64,000 nt of DNA from Myxococcales bacterium (GTDB lineage Bacteria; Myxococcota_A; UBA9042; JABWCM01; BTVJ01): contig BTVJ01000001.1 of the NCBI GenBank assembly GCA_045863395.1, positions 352,001-416,000 on the forward strand, given 5' to 3'. The notes under the pieces are model-generated. The model was not told the DNA's origin. It did not search any database and saw only the letters and a list, made by a program, of their open reading frames with translations. The translations under genes were made by a program, and so were the position numbers. This document shows, piece after piece, positions 30,933-40,325 of this stretch (the first letter of the stretch is position 1; every line of letters begins with the position of its first letter).

Positions 30933-32681
30933 ATGAACATGCGCACTCTGGCAATGACAGCGCTCGCGATGGGGCTTGCGACTGCCTGCGCGTCCGAGTC
31001 GACTGACAGCGATACGGGCGGGATTGGCACTGACACGCAGGTCGCTGACTCCGGCTCCGGGGACGGTGACAGTGGCGCGGGGAGCGACATACAGGGCGGA
31101 GACGACACGGCGACGGGCGACGACACCGCCATGGACGTCGGCGGGGACACGGGCGCGCCCGAAGACGTCGGTGGAGACACGGGCGGCGGATCCGGTGCCG
31201 TCGTGATCAACGAGGTCGCTCCCAACCCCGTGGCTCCGGGCGAGGACTGGGTCGAGCTTTTCAACCCGGGCAGCGTGGCGGTCGACATCTCGGGGTGGAC
31301 GATGACGGACGACGACCCGCTGCACATCTACGAGTTCCCGGCGGGCACGGTCGTTCAGCCCGGCGCGTACCTGCTCCTGAACAGGGGCGAGATCGGCTCC
31401 TTCGACTTCGGTTTGGGGACAGACGACGCGGTGTTCCTCTACTCGGGGAGCAAGAACCTCGAGGCGTTCTCCGACTGGGGCGATGGCGACGCACCCCAGG
31501 GGGCGAGCTGGGGTCGCTTCCCGAATGGCTCCGGCCCATTCAAGACCCTGCTGACCCCGACCCCGGGCGCGGCCAACGTGGACTCGGCGCAGCCCGTCTG
31601 CAGCAACGACCTCATCGAGTTTGGCGAGGTCTGTGACGGTACGGACCTTGGCGACGCGACCTGCGAGGGCCTGGGCTTCGTCGGCGGCACGCTCGCGTGC
31701 GCCTCGGACTGCTCCGCCCTGAGCACGGCCGGGTGTACCCTCGCTCCGGGCTCCGTGGTGGTGAACGAGGTGGTCGCTGCCGACGGCGCTGGGGGGCCTG
31801 ACTGGATCGAGCTGAAGAACGTCGGTAGCGCCGCCGTTGACCTCGGTGGCTGGGCCGTGACCGACTCGGATCCGGTCCACGTGGCGACCATCCCAGCAGG
31901 GACCGTTCTGGAGGCGGGGTCCTATCTGCTGCTGATTCAAGACGAACCCGGGTCCTTTGCGTTTGGCCTTGGCAGCGCGGACGCCGTCAACCTCCACAAC
32001 GCGAAAGGTGAGCTGACCAGCACCACGAGCTGGGTGAGCGGTCAGGCGCCCACCGGCGCGAGCTGGGGCAGGTACCCGGACGGCACGGGCGCCTTCATGA
32101 CGCTCACCTCACCGACGCCCGGAGCGGCCAACGTAGAGAACGTCGCTGCCACCTGCAACAACGACCTCATCGAGTTCGGCGAGCTGTGCGATGGCGCCTC
32201 GCTGGGAGGCACCACGTGCCAGTCCGTGGGCTTCGACGACGGAGACCTGGCGTGCAACGCCACGTGCGATGGCTACGACACGTCGGACTGCACACTGCCC
32301 GCAGACGGTGTCGTGATCAACGAGGTCACCTCGTCGGGCGACGACCAGATCGAGATCTACAATGGGGGCAGCGCTCCGGCGAGCCTCGCCGGGTGGCAGG
32401 TCACGGATGACGCTCCCGAGGCCCCCGACCACACCTTCACCCTCCCATCGGGAACGACGCTGGCTCCTGGAGCCTACCTGGTCCTCACGAAGGGAACGCA
32501 CCACATCTTCGGTCTTGGCGCGAGTGACGCTGTGCGCCTCGTCGATTCTCAGGGAACGTTGAAGAACGTGGTCGCCTGGACCAGCGGTCAGGCCGAGGTC
32601 TCCTACTGTCGCATCCCCAATGGCGCGGGCGCGTTCAAGCCATGTACCGTCGCGACGTTCGGGAGCGCCAACATCCCCTGA
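30933..32681 (+). CDS. Lipoprotein with three lamin-tail domains and two Cys-rich repeats
   Basis: Lipobox ATAC; three VVINEV...DWxEL.N.G units; two CxNDLIEFGExCDG repeats. Confidence 0.88.
   Translation: MNMRTLAMTALAMGLATACASESTDSDTGGIGTDTQVADSGSGDGDSGAGSDIQGGDDTATGDDTAMDVGGDTGAPEDVGGDTGGGSGAVVINEVAPNPVAPGEDWVELFNPGSVAVDISGWTMTDDDPLHIYEFPAGTVVQPGAYLLLNRGEIGSFDFGLGTDDAVFLYSGSKNLEAFSDWGDGDAPQGASWGRFPNGSGPFKTLLTPTPGAANVDSAQPVCSNDLIEFGEVCDGTDLGDATCEGLGFVGGTLACASDCSALSTAGCTLAPGSVVVNEVVAADGAGGPDWIELKNVGSAAVDLGGWAVTDSDPVHVATIPAGTVLEAGSYLLLIQDEPGSFAFGLGSADAVNLHNAKGELTSTTSWVSGQAPTGASWGRYPDGTGAFMTLTSPTPGAANVENVAATCNNDLIEFGELCDGASLGGTTCQSVGFDDGDLACNATCDGYDTSDCTLPADGVVINEVTSSGDDQIEIYNGGSAPASLAGWQVTDDAPEAPDHTFTLPSGTTLAPGAYLVLTKGTHHIFGLGASDAVRLVDSQGTLKNVVAWTSGQAEVSYCRIPNGAGAFKPCTVATFGSANIP
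31598..32183 (+). repeat. Intragenic direct repeat (31598-31628 and 32153-32183)
   Basis: ctgcagcaacgacctcatcgagtttggcgag vs ctgcaacaacgacctcatcgagttcggcgag, 29/31 identical. Confidence 0.85.
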
Positions 32682-32710
32682 AGGCCTGCGGTGTGCTCAG
32701 CCCTCCTCGA

Positions 32711-32726
32711 TGTTTCACGTGAAACG
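32711..32726. other. parS: parS centromere-like site 1
   Basis: TGTTTCACGTGAAACG, 15/16 match to TGTTTCACGTGAAACA. Confidence 0.9.
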
Positions 32727-32767
32727 CCGCGCTCGCGACGCCGCAAGTACGCTGGCGTGAACACGAG

Positions 32768-32783
32768 CGTTTCACGTGAAACA
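32768..32783. other. parS: parS centromere-like site 2
   Basis: CGTTTCACGTGAAACA, 15/16 match; exact reverse complement of site 1. Confidence 0.9.
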
Positions 32784-32797
32784 ATCCCGGAGGCGCC

Positions 32798-34420
32798 TCA
32801 GCTCTGGGCGGGTCGGATCGGAAGCAGCAGGATGAACTCGGCGCCTTCGCCCTCGACGCTCGCGCAGCGGACGGCCCCGCCGTGCTCCTGCACGATCTGC
32901 TGGACCAGCGCCAGCCCGAGCCCCGTGCCTGTGCGCTTGGATGAGTAGAAGGGGTCGAAGATCTTGTCGCGCAGGTCAGCGGAGATTCCAACACCGTTGT
33001 CGGCGATGCGGACCTCGACGCCCGCGTCCACGTGCCGCGCGGTGACGCGAATGGTGCCCTGGTCACGGCGCGCCTCCCGGATGGCCTCCGCAGCGTTTCG
33101 CACGATGTTCAGCAGGGCCTGGCGAATCTGGTTCTCATCGAGGAGCAGCGGGGGTACGGGGTCGAGGTCCTCGATGACCTCGATGTTGCTGCCGCGCAGC
33201 TCCTCTCTCATGAACGTCAGCAGGCTCCGCGTGATGGCGACGAGGTCCTCCACCTCGAGCTCTGGCTTGGGGAGCTTGGCGAAGCGCAGGTACTGCTCGG
33301 TCACGTCCGTGAGCCTGTCGACCTCCTTGCCGATGGCCTGGAGGAGCGCGACCGACTCCTGAACCTCGACCCCCTCCAAGCTGCGCAGGTCCTCCTCGAT
33401 GAGCTCGGCGTTCAGGCCTATGGACGACAGGGGGTTCCGCAGCTCGTGCGTGATCTGGGCGCTCATCTTCCCGATGGTCGCAAGGCGCTCTGCGCGAAGC
33501 AGCTCCTCCCGCTGAGCGGCCAACATACGATCACGCTCCTGAAGGCTCGCAGCCATGCGGTTGAACTCTGTCGCGAGCTGCCCGATCTCGTCGTGTCCGC
33601 CGACGCGCACCACCTGTCCGTAGTCGCCGCGGGAGACGGTTCGCACGCCCTCGATGAGGCTCGTGACGCGGCGAATGGCGAGGTGGGTGAGGAGCATCAC
33701 AAGGAGGCTCACGACCAGCGCCAGGCTGGAGACGAGCAGCACGTTGAGCATCGAGCGCTCCTCGTCGTCGGCCGCCCTCGCGTGGATCGCGTCCACCGCC
33801 TGCTCCAGCTCGCGTTGCAGGACCACGACGTCCTTTCTCAGCAGCCGCAAGATGGTCCGCAGACCGGTCTGGACGTGCCCCGCCGCTTCGGGGCGCCCCT
33901 CATTGACGAGCTGAACGAAGGACTTGGCGTAGGCCTCGTAGACCAGCTCATTGCTGTACGGTGGAGAGAGCCTGGCCAGCACGGTCTCAAGCACGACGCG
34001 CTGTGTCTCCTCCGCTCGGAGCGCCTCAACGACCTCGGTCCCATCGCGGAGCCTCAACACCCGCTCACCGATGCTGCGCGCCATCTGCTGATCGATGGCC
34101 TCGAGGTGGATCCGGTCCGTCATGCGGTCCACGCTGTCGGAGAGGCGCCCGATCTGCTCGAAGGGCTTGAGGCGTGGCAGGTAGCTTCGCTGCCACTCCA
34201 GGTCCGTCTGGCGCCTGCGCTCCAGGGCCTCACTGAAGCCCCGGAGGCTCTGGCTCAGCTCGCGAGCCCGGTCGACGACCGGCAGGACCCCGGCGCGGAT
34301 GAAGACGATGTTCTCTCGTAGGGACGCGATTCGAAGCAGACCGTAGACGCTCGACAGGCCGAACGTGGCGATGACGACCGCGAAGCCCAGGAACACCTTC
34401 GTGGAGATGCTCAGGCGCAC
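32798..34420 (-). CDS. HAMP-domain sensor histidine kinase
   Basis: Two TM helices with periplasmic domain; HAMP (DEIGQLATEFNRM); H-box THELRNPL; HATPase. Confidence 0.9.
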   Translation of the reverse strand: MRLSISTKVFLGFAVVIATFGLSSVYGLLRIASLRENIVFIRAGVLPVVDRARELSQSLRGFSEALERRRQTDLEWQRSYLPRLKPFEQIGRLSDSVDRMTDRIHLEAIDQQMARSIGERVLRLRDGTEVVEALRAEETQRVVLETVLARLSPPYSNELVYEAYAKSFVQLVNEGRPEAAGHVQTGLRTILRLLRKDVVVLQRELEQAVDAIHARAADDEERSMLNVLLVSSLALVVSLLVMLLTHLAIRRVTSLIEGVRTVSRGDYGQVVRVGGHDEIGQLATEFNRMAASLQERDRMLAAQREELLRAERLATIGKMSAQITHELRNPLSSIGLNAELIEEDLRSLEGVEVQESVALLQAIGKEVDRLTDVTEQYLRFAKLPKPELEVEDLVAITRSLLTFMREELRGSNIEVIEDLDPVPPLLLDENQIRQALLNIVRNAAEAIREARRDQGTIRVTARHVDAGVEVRIADNGVGISADLRDKIFDPFYSSKRTGTGLGLALVQQIVQEHGGAVRCASVEGEGAEFILLLPIRPAQS

Positions 34421-34424
34421 GGGC

Positions 34425-35921
34425 TCAGGAGCCGGGCGACCAACGCAGGACGGGCTGGCGCGCGGCCCGGGCTTCGTCCATGCGCCGCACCGCCGTTCGC
34501 GTAGGCGCCTCATGCAGCGCGTCGGGAGCCTCGGCCGCCTCTGCGGCGATGGCATTCAGCGCGTCGACCAGCTCATCCAGCGCTGCAACGGGCTCCGACT
34601 CGGTCGGCTCGATCATCATCGCGCCGGGGACACAGAGCGGGAAGTACACCGTGGGGGGGTGAAAGCCGTAGTCGATGAGCCGCTTGGCCACATCCATGGT
34701 CTTCACGCCGAGCGGCTGGAGCAGCTTGTCCGAGACGACGCACTCGTGCATGCACAAGCGATCATAGGGCACGTGGTAGGTGCCGCGCAGTCGCGCAAGG
34801 ACGTAGTTCGCATTGGCGACCGCCATCTCGGTGACCTGGCGCAGCCCCCTCGGCCCATACTCGCGGATGTACGTGTAGGCCCGCACGAGCATCCCGAAGT
34901 TGCCGAAGAAGGCCTTCACCCTCCCAACGGACAGTGGGCGATCGAAGGACAAGCGCCAGGACGCGCTCGTGTCGTCCCGCTCGATGCGCGGGGTGGGGAG
35001 GTACGGCTCGAGCCGCCCGACCACCCCGACGGGCCCAGCGCCCGGACCGCCGCCACCGTGAGGGGTGGAGAAGGTCTTGTGCAGGTTGAAGTGCATCACG
35101 TCCACGCCCATGTCGCCGGGGCGCGCCCTGCCCAGGAGCGAGTTCAGGTTCGCCCCGTCGTTGTAGACCAGGCCGCCCTTGTCGTGAACGATGGAGGCGA
35201 TGGTCCCCAGGTTCTCCTCGAAGAGTCCCAGCGTGTTGGGGTTCGTGACCATGATGCCAGCGGTGTCCGCATCCATCGCCTCGAGGACGACCTGCGGCGA
35301 CACCACACCGCGTTCGTTGGACGGGAGCTGCACCACGTCGTAGCCGTTGAGGGCGCAGCTCGCGGGGTTCGTGCCGTGGGCCGTGTCCGGGATGAGCATC
35401 TTCCTGCGCGGCGCCCCATCGCGCTCGATGAGGAAGCGCCGCATGACGCGAACGCCCGTCCACTCCCCGTGGGCGCCGGCGGCGGGCTGCAACGACACCG
35501 CCGCCATGCCGCTGATCTCCGCCAGGTGACGCTCCAGCTCCCACATGAGCTCCAGGGCGCCCTGAACCCAAGCGTGCGGCAGATAGGGGTGCAGGTGAGC
35601 AAAACCCGGCAGCCGAACCGTCTCCTCGTTGACGCGCGGGTTGTACTTCATCGTGCACGAGCCCAGTGGATACAGACCCAGGTCGATGGAGTAGTTCTGC
35701 GTGCTCAAGCGCGTGAAGTGGCGGATGACGTCCACCTCGCTGACCTCGGGAAGCGCCGGCCTCTGCCCGCGACGATGGCGGGTCGGGATGGCTCCCACCG
35801 CTGCCTCCGCATCCGACGGCTCCGGGGGAAGGGAGAAGCCGACCCGGCCCTCGCGGGAGCGCTCGAAGATCGGGGCCTCCCGCAGCGTGAGGCCAGTGGT
35901 CGCGCGATCATAGATGCCCAT
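34425..35921 (-). CDS. gcvPB: Glycine dehydrogenase (decarboxylating) subunit 2
   Basis: YPLGSCTMKYNP, QPAAGAHGE, HFNLHKTFSTPHGGGGPG (PLP lysine). Confidence 0.95.
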   Translation of the reverse strand: MGIYDRATTGLTLREAPIFERSREGRVGFSLPPEPSDAEAAVGAIPTRHRRGQRPALPEVSEVDVIRHFTRLSTQNYSIDLGLYPLGSCTMKYNPRVNEETVRLPGFAHLHPYLPHAWVQGALELMWELERHLAEISGMAAVSLQPAAGAHGEWTGVRVMRRFLIERDGAPRRKMLIPDTAHGTNPASCALNGYDVVQLPSNERGVVSPQVVLEAMDADTAGIMVTNPNTLGLFEENLGTIASIVHDKGGLVYNDGANLNSLLGRARPGDMGVDVMHFNLHKTFSTPHGGGGPGAGPVGVVGRLEPYLPTPRIERDDTSASWRLSFDRPLSVGRVKAFFGNFGMLVRAYTYIREYGPRGLRQVTEMAVANANYVLARLRGTYHVPYDRLCMHECVVSDKLLQPLGVKTMDVAKRLIDYGFHPPTVYFPLCVPGAMMIEPTESEPVAALDELVDALNAIAAEAAEAPDALHEAPTRTAVRRMDEARAARQPVLRWSPGS

Positions 35922-36057
35922 CGTTCACCCTCGGTTCATGGACGCTCCGCGACCCCCCCGACACGTGCCCACGATAGAACAAAGGCCGGCTCCGCACCAT
36001 GCGAGACCGGCCTCCTGCAACACTCACGCTGGCGCTGGGAGCGCTCAGAGTAACCGT

Positions 36058-37137
36058 CTACTCCACGCTCTTCTCGATCTTGGCCTCGGCCCGCAGCTCC
36101 TCCAGGAGCCGCCGTCGCTCCTGGAAGAACTTCTTGTTCTTCAGGCTCTCCTCGATCTGGGGTCGCACCTCGTCGAAGGTCTTCTGCTTGTCCTCGCGCC
36201 GCTCGTACACCTTGATGATGTGGAAGCCGAAGCGAGTCCGCACGGGCTCGCTCACCTCGCCGATCTTCAGCTTGAAGGCGACCTCCTCGAAGGGCTGCAC
36301 CATCTGGCCCTTGCTGAAGAAGCCCAGGTCCCCGCCCTTGTCGGCGCTCGGGCCCTGGCTCTCCACCTTCGCGAGATCCTCGAAGGACTCGCCTCCCTTG
36401 ATGCGCGCAGAGAGGGCCTGTGCCTTGGTGAGCGCCTCCTTCTCCTGCTCCGGGGTCGCGTTCTGCTCGAGCTTGATCAGGATGTGGCTCGCCTTGACCC
36501 CCTCCCGCTCCCGGTAGAAGCGCTGGTTCTTGTCGTAGAACTCCCGCGCCTCCGCCTCCGTGATCGTCAGGTTGCCCTTCTTCTCGATGAGCTTCTCCAG
36601 GGCCCGCTTGTCGAGGATGCGGTCCTTGATGCTCTGCTCGGTGATGTTGCCGTGCTTCAGGTAGTTCTGGAACTGCTCGTCGTTCTTGAAGCGGTCGCGG
36701 TACTCCTTGAAGGCAACGTCCACCTCCTCGGGCGGAACCGTGATGGCCTCCTTCTCGACCGCTTGCCGCACCAGCTCCCCCTCGATGAGGCGCTTGAGGA
36801 TGTTCTCCTTGATGCGCTGGAGGCGGTCCTCTGGGATCTCCGCCCCCGTCTTCGTGACCTTCTGCAGCTCGGCGTTGTACTCGTCCGGCGGGATGGGCTT
36901 TCCGTTCACCGTCGCGACTGGCCCCGTCGCCGCGGCGACCGGCGGGGTGGCCACGGAACCAGTGCCAGCATCCGCGCCGGCGGCGGGAGTACCACTCGGC
37001 TGCGGAGCTGCAGGCGCCGGCCCCTTGGCGGCGGGCGCCCCTCCCGAGGGCGCCGGGGCCGGCTCGTCCTTCTTGCACCCGGCCCCCAGGCCGACGGCGA
37101 ACAACAGGGCCAGGGCCCCGGCGGACATCCGCTTCAT
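36058..37137 (-). CDS. PpiC/parvulin-type peptidyl-prolyl isomerase lipoprotein (SurA/PrsA-like)
   Basis: Lipobox GAGC; SurA-N-like VATVNG; ASHILIK, GGDLGFF, FGFHIIK. Confidence 0.92.
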   Translation of the reverse strand: MKRMSAGALALLFAVGLGAGCKKDEPAPAPSGGAPAAKGPAPAAPQPSGTPAAGADAGTGSVATPPVAAATGPVATVNGKPIPPDEYNAELQKVTKTGAEIPEDRLQRIKENILKRLIEGELVRQAVEKEAITVPPEEVDVAFKEYRDRFKNDEQFQNYLKHGNITEQSIKDRILDKRALEKLIEKKGNLTITEAEAREFYDKNQRFYREREGVKASHILIKLEQNATPEQEKEALTKAQALSARIKGGESFEDLAKVESQGPSADKGGDLGFFSKGQMVQPFEEVAFKLKIGEVSEPVRTRFGFHIIKVYERREDKQKTFDEVRPQIEESLKNKKFFQERRRLLEELRAEAKIEKSVE

Positions 37138-37354
37138 CTCCGAGTCTCCTTCTAGATGACGCACCTGCTGGGATCGCGCACGCCGCTCGCTGTGAGCCCG
37201 CGTCAGAGGCGTGTTGAGGCGCTCCCTGCCAGAAGCGTCGCTACACAGCCAACGGTGAGGAACGACCGCGCCTCTGTCGAAGATCTCAGCAAATGTGCGA
37301 CAAACCGCTGGCGGCCCATTCTATTGACCCACCACATGCTGTCAACTGACGGGG

Positions 37355-38479
37355 TCACACCACCACCAGATCATCCCGGTGGATGACCTCATCTACCGTT
37401 CGGTATCCGAGCCGCGCCTCGATCTGATCGGTCCTGCAGCCCTGGATGGCTCGGACCTCGACGGCGCCGTAGGCGGACAGGCCCCGCGCGAACACCTCCC
37501 GCTCCAGCGAGCACACCTCCACCAGCGCCCCCGGCTCGAAGTCCCCCTCTACCCCGACGATCCCGGACGGCAGCAGGCTCTTTCCGTTCTCGCGCACGGC
37601 GCGCTCCGCCCCGTGGTCCACGACGAGGCGCCCCTGTGCCTTCAGGGTGTATCCGATCCAGTGCTTGCGCGCCCCGAGACGATCTTGCGAGGGGAGGAAC
37701 AGCGTCCCGACGTCGACCCCCGCCAGGATGTCTCCGACGATGCCGCGCTGCTTCCCGCTCGCGATCACCGCGGGGATCCCCTGGTGGGCAGCCGCGCGGG
37801 CGGCCTGCACCTTGGTCGCCATGCCGCCGGTCCCGACGCTCGAGACCCCCGAGCCGGCCATGCGCAACACGTCGGGCCCCACCCGGTCGACCAGCGACAC
37901 CAGCCGCGCGTCGGCATGAGCCCGCGGGTCCCGGTCATAGAGCCCCAGATCGACCGTCAGCATGATCAGGAGGTCCGCGTCCACGAGGTTCGCCACCTGG
38001 GCCGACAAGGCGTCGTTGTCGCCGAACCGGATCTCGTCGACCGCCACCGTGTCGTTCTCGTTGACCACCGGGACTGCGTGAAACCCATGGATCGCACCGA
38101 AGGCATGTCGGGCGTTGAGGTAGCGCGTGCGGTTCGCCAGATCCGCGTGGGTGAGCAGCACCTGCGCCACGGGCACGCCGAACCGGCCGAGGGACTCTCG
38201 CCACGCCCGCATGAGCTGCGCCTGCCCGAGGGCGGCCAGCGCCTGCCTCTGGGCGATGGTCGCGGGCTTGCGCGGCAGGCCCAGCTCCTGCATGCCGAGC
38301 GCGACCGCCCCCGAGGAGACCACCGTGACCTCGACTCCCGCCCGGTGCAGTCCGGCGACCTCCTCGGTCAGGGCGTCGAGGGTCTCACGGTCCAGCCCGC
38401 CCCCGCCCGGGAGCGTCATGACGGCGCTCCCGAGCTTGATGACGATGCGGTGGGTCTGGCCAAGGGTCGCGCGTGGCAT
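37355..38479 (-). CDS. proB: Glutamate 5-kinase with PUA domain
   Basis: IVIKLGS, VSSGA, NENDTV, FGDND, GTGGMATK; C-terminal PUA. Confidence 0.95.
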   Translation of the reverse strand: MPRATLGQTHRIVIKLGSAVMTLPGGGGLDRETLDALTEEVAGLHRAGVEVTVVSSGAVALGMQELGLPRKPATIAQRQALAALGQAQLMRAWRESLGRFGVPVAQVLLTHADLANRTRYLNARHAFGAIHGFHAVPVVNENDTVAVDEIRFGDNDALSAQVANLVDADLLIMLTVDLGLYDRDPRAHADARLVSLVDRVGPDVLRMAGSGVSSVGTGGMATKVQAARAAAHQGIPAVIASGKQRGIVGDILAGVDVGTLFLPSQDRLGARKHWIGYTLKAQGRLVVDHGAERAVRENGKSLLPSGIVGVEGDFEPGALVEVCSLEREVFARGLSAYGAVEVRAIQGCRTDQIEARLGYRTVDEVIHRDDLVVV

Positions 38480-38486
38480 GCTCCGC

Positions 38487-39770
38487 TCAGACCTCCACGC
38501 GCTGGATGGCCGCGCCGAGCGCTCGAAGCTTCTCGTCGATGCGCTCGTAGCCGCGGTCGATCTGGCGGATGTTGTAGATGTGGCTCTCCCCCTTGGCGCA
38601 CAGGCTCGCGATGAGCAGCGCCATGCCAGCGCGCACATCGGGGCTCTCCACCCTGCCACCGAAGAGCTGGCTCGGCCCAGCCACGACGACCCGGTGCGGA
38701 TCGCACAGGATGATGCTGGCGCCCATGCTGATCAGGTTGTCCACGAAGAACATGCGGCCGTCGAACATCTTCTCGAAGAACAGGACCGTCCCGTGCGCCT
38801 GCGTCGCGACCGTGATCACGATGCTCATCAGGTCCGTGGGGAACGCCGGCCACGGCGCGTCGTCGATCTTCGGGATGGCCCCCTGGAGGTCCGGCTGCAC
38901 GCGGAGCGTCTGCCCTCCAGGCACGAAGACCCAGTCCGGCCCCCGCTCGAGCGCCACGCCGAGCCGCTCGAAGACCTTGACGATCATGCGCATGTCCCCC
39001 TGCCGCACGCCGTTGACGCGCAGCCCGTCCCCGATGATCGCGCCGAGGCCGATGAAGCTGCCGATCTCCAAGTAGTCGGGCCCGATGGTGAACTCCGCAC
39101 CGTGGAGGCTCTCGACCCCTTCGATGACCAGCGAGTTCGTGCCGATGCCCTCGATGTGCGCCCCCATGCTCACCAGCAGGTGACAGAGCCCCTGCACGTG
39201 CGGCTCGCAGGCCGCGTTCTGGAGCGTCGTCGTGCCCTCGGCCAGCACCGCGGCCATCACCAGGTTCTCCGTCGCCGTCACGCTCTGCTCGTCGAGGAAG
39301 ATGGACGCCCCCCTCAGCCGCCCCGGCGACCGCAGGTGGTAGAGCCGGTCCAGCTCGAAGGACGCCCCGAGCTCGCGCAGGCCGATGAAGTGCGTATCCA
39401 GCCGGCGCCGGCCGATGACGTCACCCCCGGGAGGTGGCAGATCGACGCCGTGGAGCCGCGCCAGGAGCGGCCCAGCGAAGAGGATCGAGGCCCTGATGCG
39501 CTGGCACAGCTCCTCGCTCAGGCGCCGCCGCTCGATGTCTGCGGCCTCGATGATCACCGTGTTCGCCGAGGGCCGCGACACCCGCGCACCAAGGGCCTCG
39601 ATGACCTGCAGCATCACGCCGACGTCCTTGATGTTCGGGACGTTGTGCAGGGTCACCGGGCCCGCCGTCAGCAGCGCAGCGGCCAGCGCCGGGAGCGCCT
39701 CGTTCTTGTTGCCGCTCGGCGTCACCTCGCCGCTGAGACGGCGACCACCTTCGATGATGAACTTCTCCAT
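38487..39770 (-). CDS. murA: UDP-N-acetylglucosamine 1-carboxyvinyltransferase (Asp-type active-site loop)
   Basis: SGNKNEALP, RASIL, PGGDVIGRRRLDTH, PWPAFPTD, DRGYE. Confidence 0.95.
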   Translation of the reverse strand: MEKFIIEGGRRLSGEVTPSGNKNEALPALAAALLTAGPVTLHNVPNIKDVGVMLQVIEALGARVSRPSANTVIIEAADIERRRLSEELCQRIRASILFAGPLLARLHGVDLPPPGGDVIGRRRLDTHFIGLRELGASFELDRLYHLRSPGRLRGASIFLDEQSVTATENLVMAAVLAEGTTTLQNAACEPHVQGLCHLLVSMGAHIEGIGTNSLVIEGVESLHGAEFTIGPDYLEIGSFIGLGAIIGDGLRVNGVRQGDMRMIVKVFERLGVALERGPDWVFVPGGQTLRVQPDLQGAIPKIDDAPWPAFPTDLMSIVITVATQAHGTVLFFEKMFDGRMFFVDNLISMGASIILCDPHRVVVAGPSQLFGGRVESPDVRAGMALLIASLCAKGESHIYNIRQIDRGYERIDEKLRALGAAIQRVEV

Positions 39771-39791
39771 GGTGAGACCTCGTGCGGGGGC

Positions 39792-40325
39792 TCAGCGGCC
39801 GCCGCGTCGCGCGGGCCTGCTGCCTCCCAGGCGGCTCAGCACCTGGGACAGAAGGCCCTCCACGTTCTCCAACCAGGCGTAGGGCGTCGTGACCACGAGC
39901 TTCTCCAGCCGGCCGTCGGCGAGGCCCAGCTCGATGTGGCTGCTCAGGTCGGTCGGCTGCGACCCCTGGCGGAGCTGAAGCCGCTTCGGGTCGAGCTCCT
40001 TCCACAGGAGCCTCACCTCGCGGCCGCGCTCCCGCCACCGCAGCGCGTCGCTCTCGATGATCACGCCGCTCATGACACAGAACGCCCGCCATCTCGCAAG
40101 AAAATAAACGAGAGCAAGCGTCAGAACGCCGTAAATGACAGGAAATGCCATCAGAGCGCCCTGAAGTCCGCCGATTCGGACGACTGTAAAGGCGAAGTAC
40201 GCCCACACGACCACCTGCATGATGATCAGGAAGCCCACCAGCCGCCCGTTGAGCCGGTAGCGGAACCGCCGGTCATCGGCCGTCGCCGCCCAGGACGCCC
40301 AGAAGTCGCCAGCTCCCACACTCAT
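39792..40325 (-). CDS. Hypothetical membrane protein (2 TM plus soluble domain)
   Basis: ATG overlaps the recF stop (ATGA); two hydrophobic segments. Confidence 0.7.
   Translation of the reverse strand: MSVGAGDFWASWAATADDRRFRYRLNGRLVGFLIIMQVVVWAYFAFTVVRIGGLQGALMAFPVIYGVLTLALVYFLARWRAFCVMSGVIIESDALRWRERGREVRLLWKELDPKRLQLRQGSQPTDLSSHIELGLADGRLEKLVVTTPYAWLENVEGLLSQVLSRLGGSRPARRGGR

Noticed and set aside
32711..32783. Integron attC site, MITE or CRISPR remnant
   Set aside because: Each arm is itself a parS-consensus palindrome; only two copies; no integrase, transposase, target duplication or cas genes.
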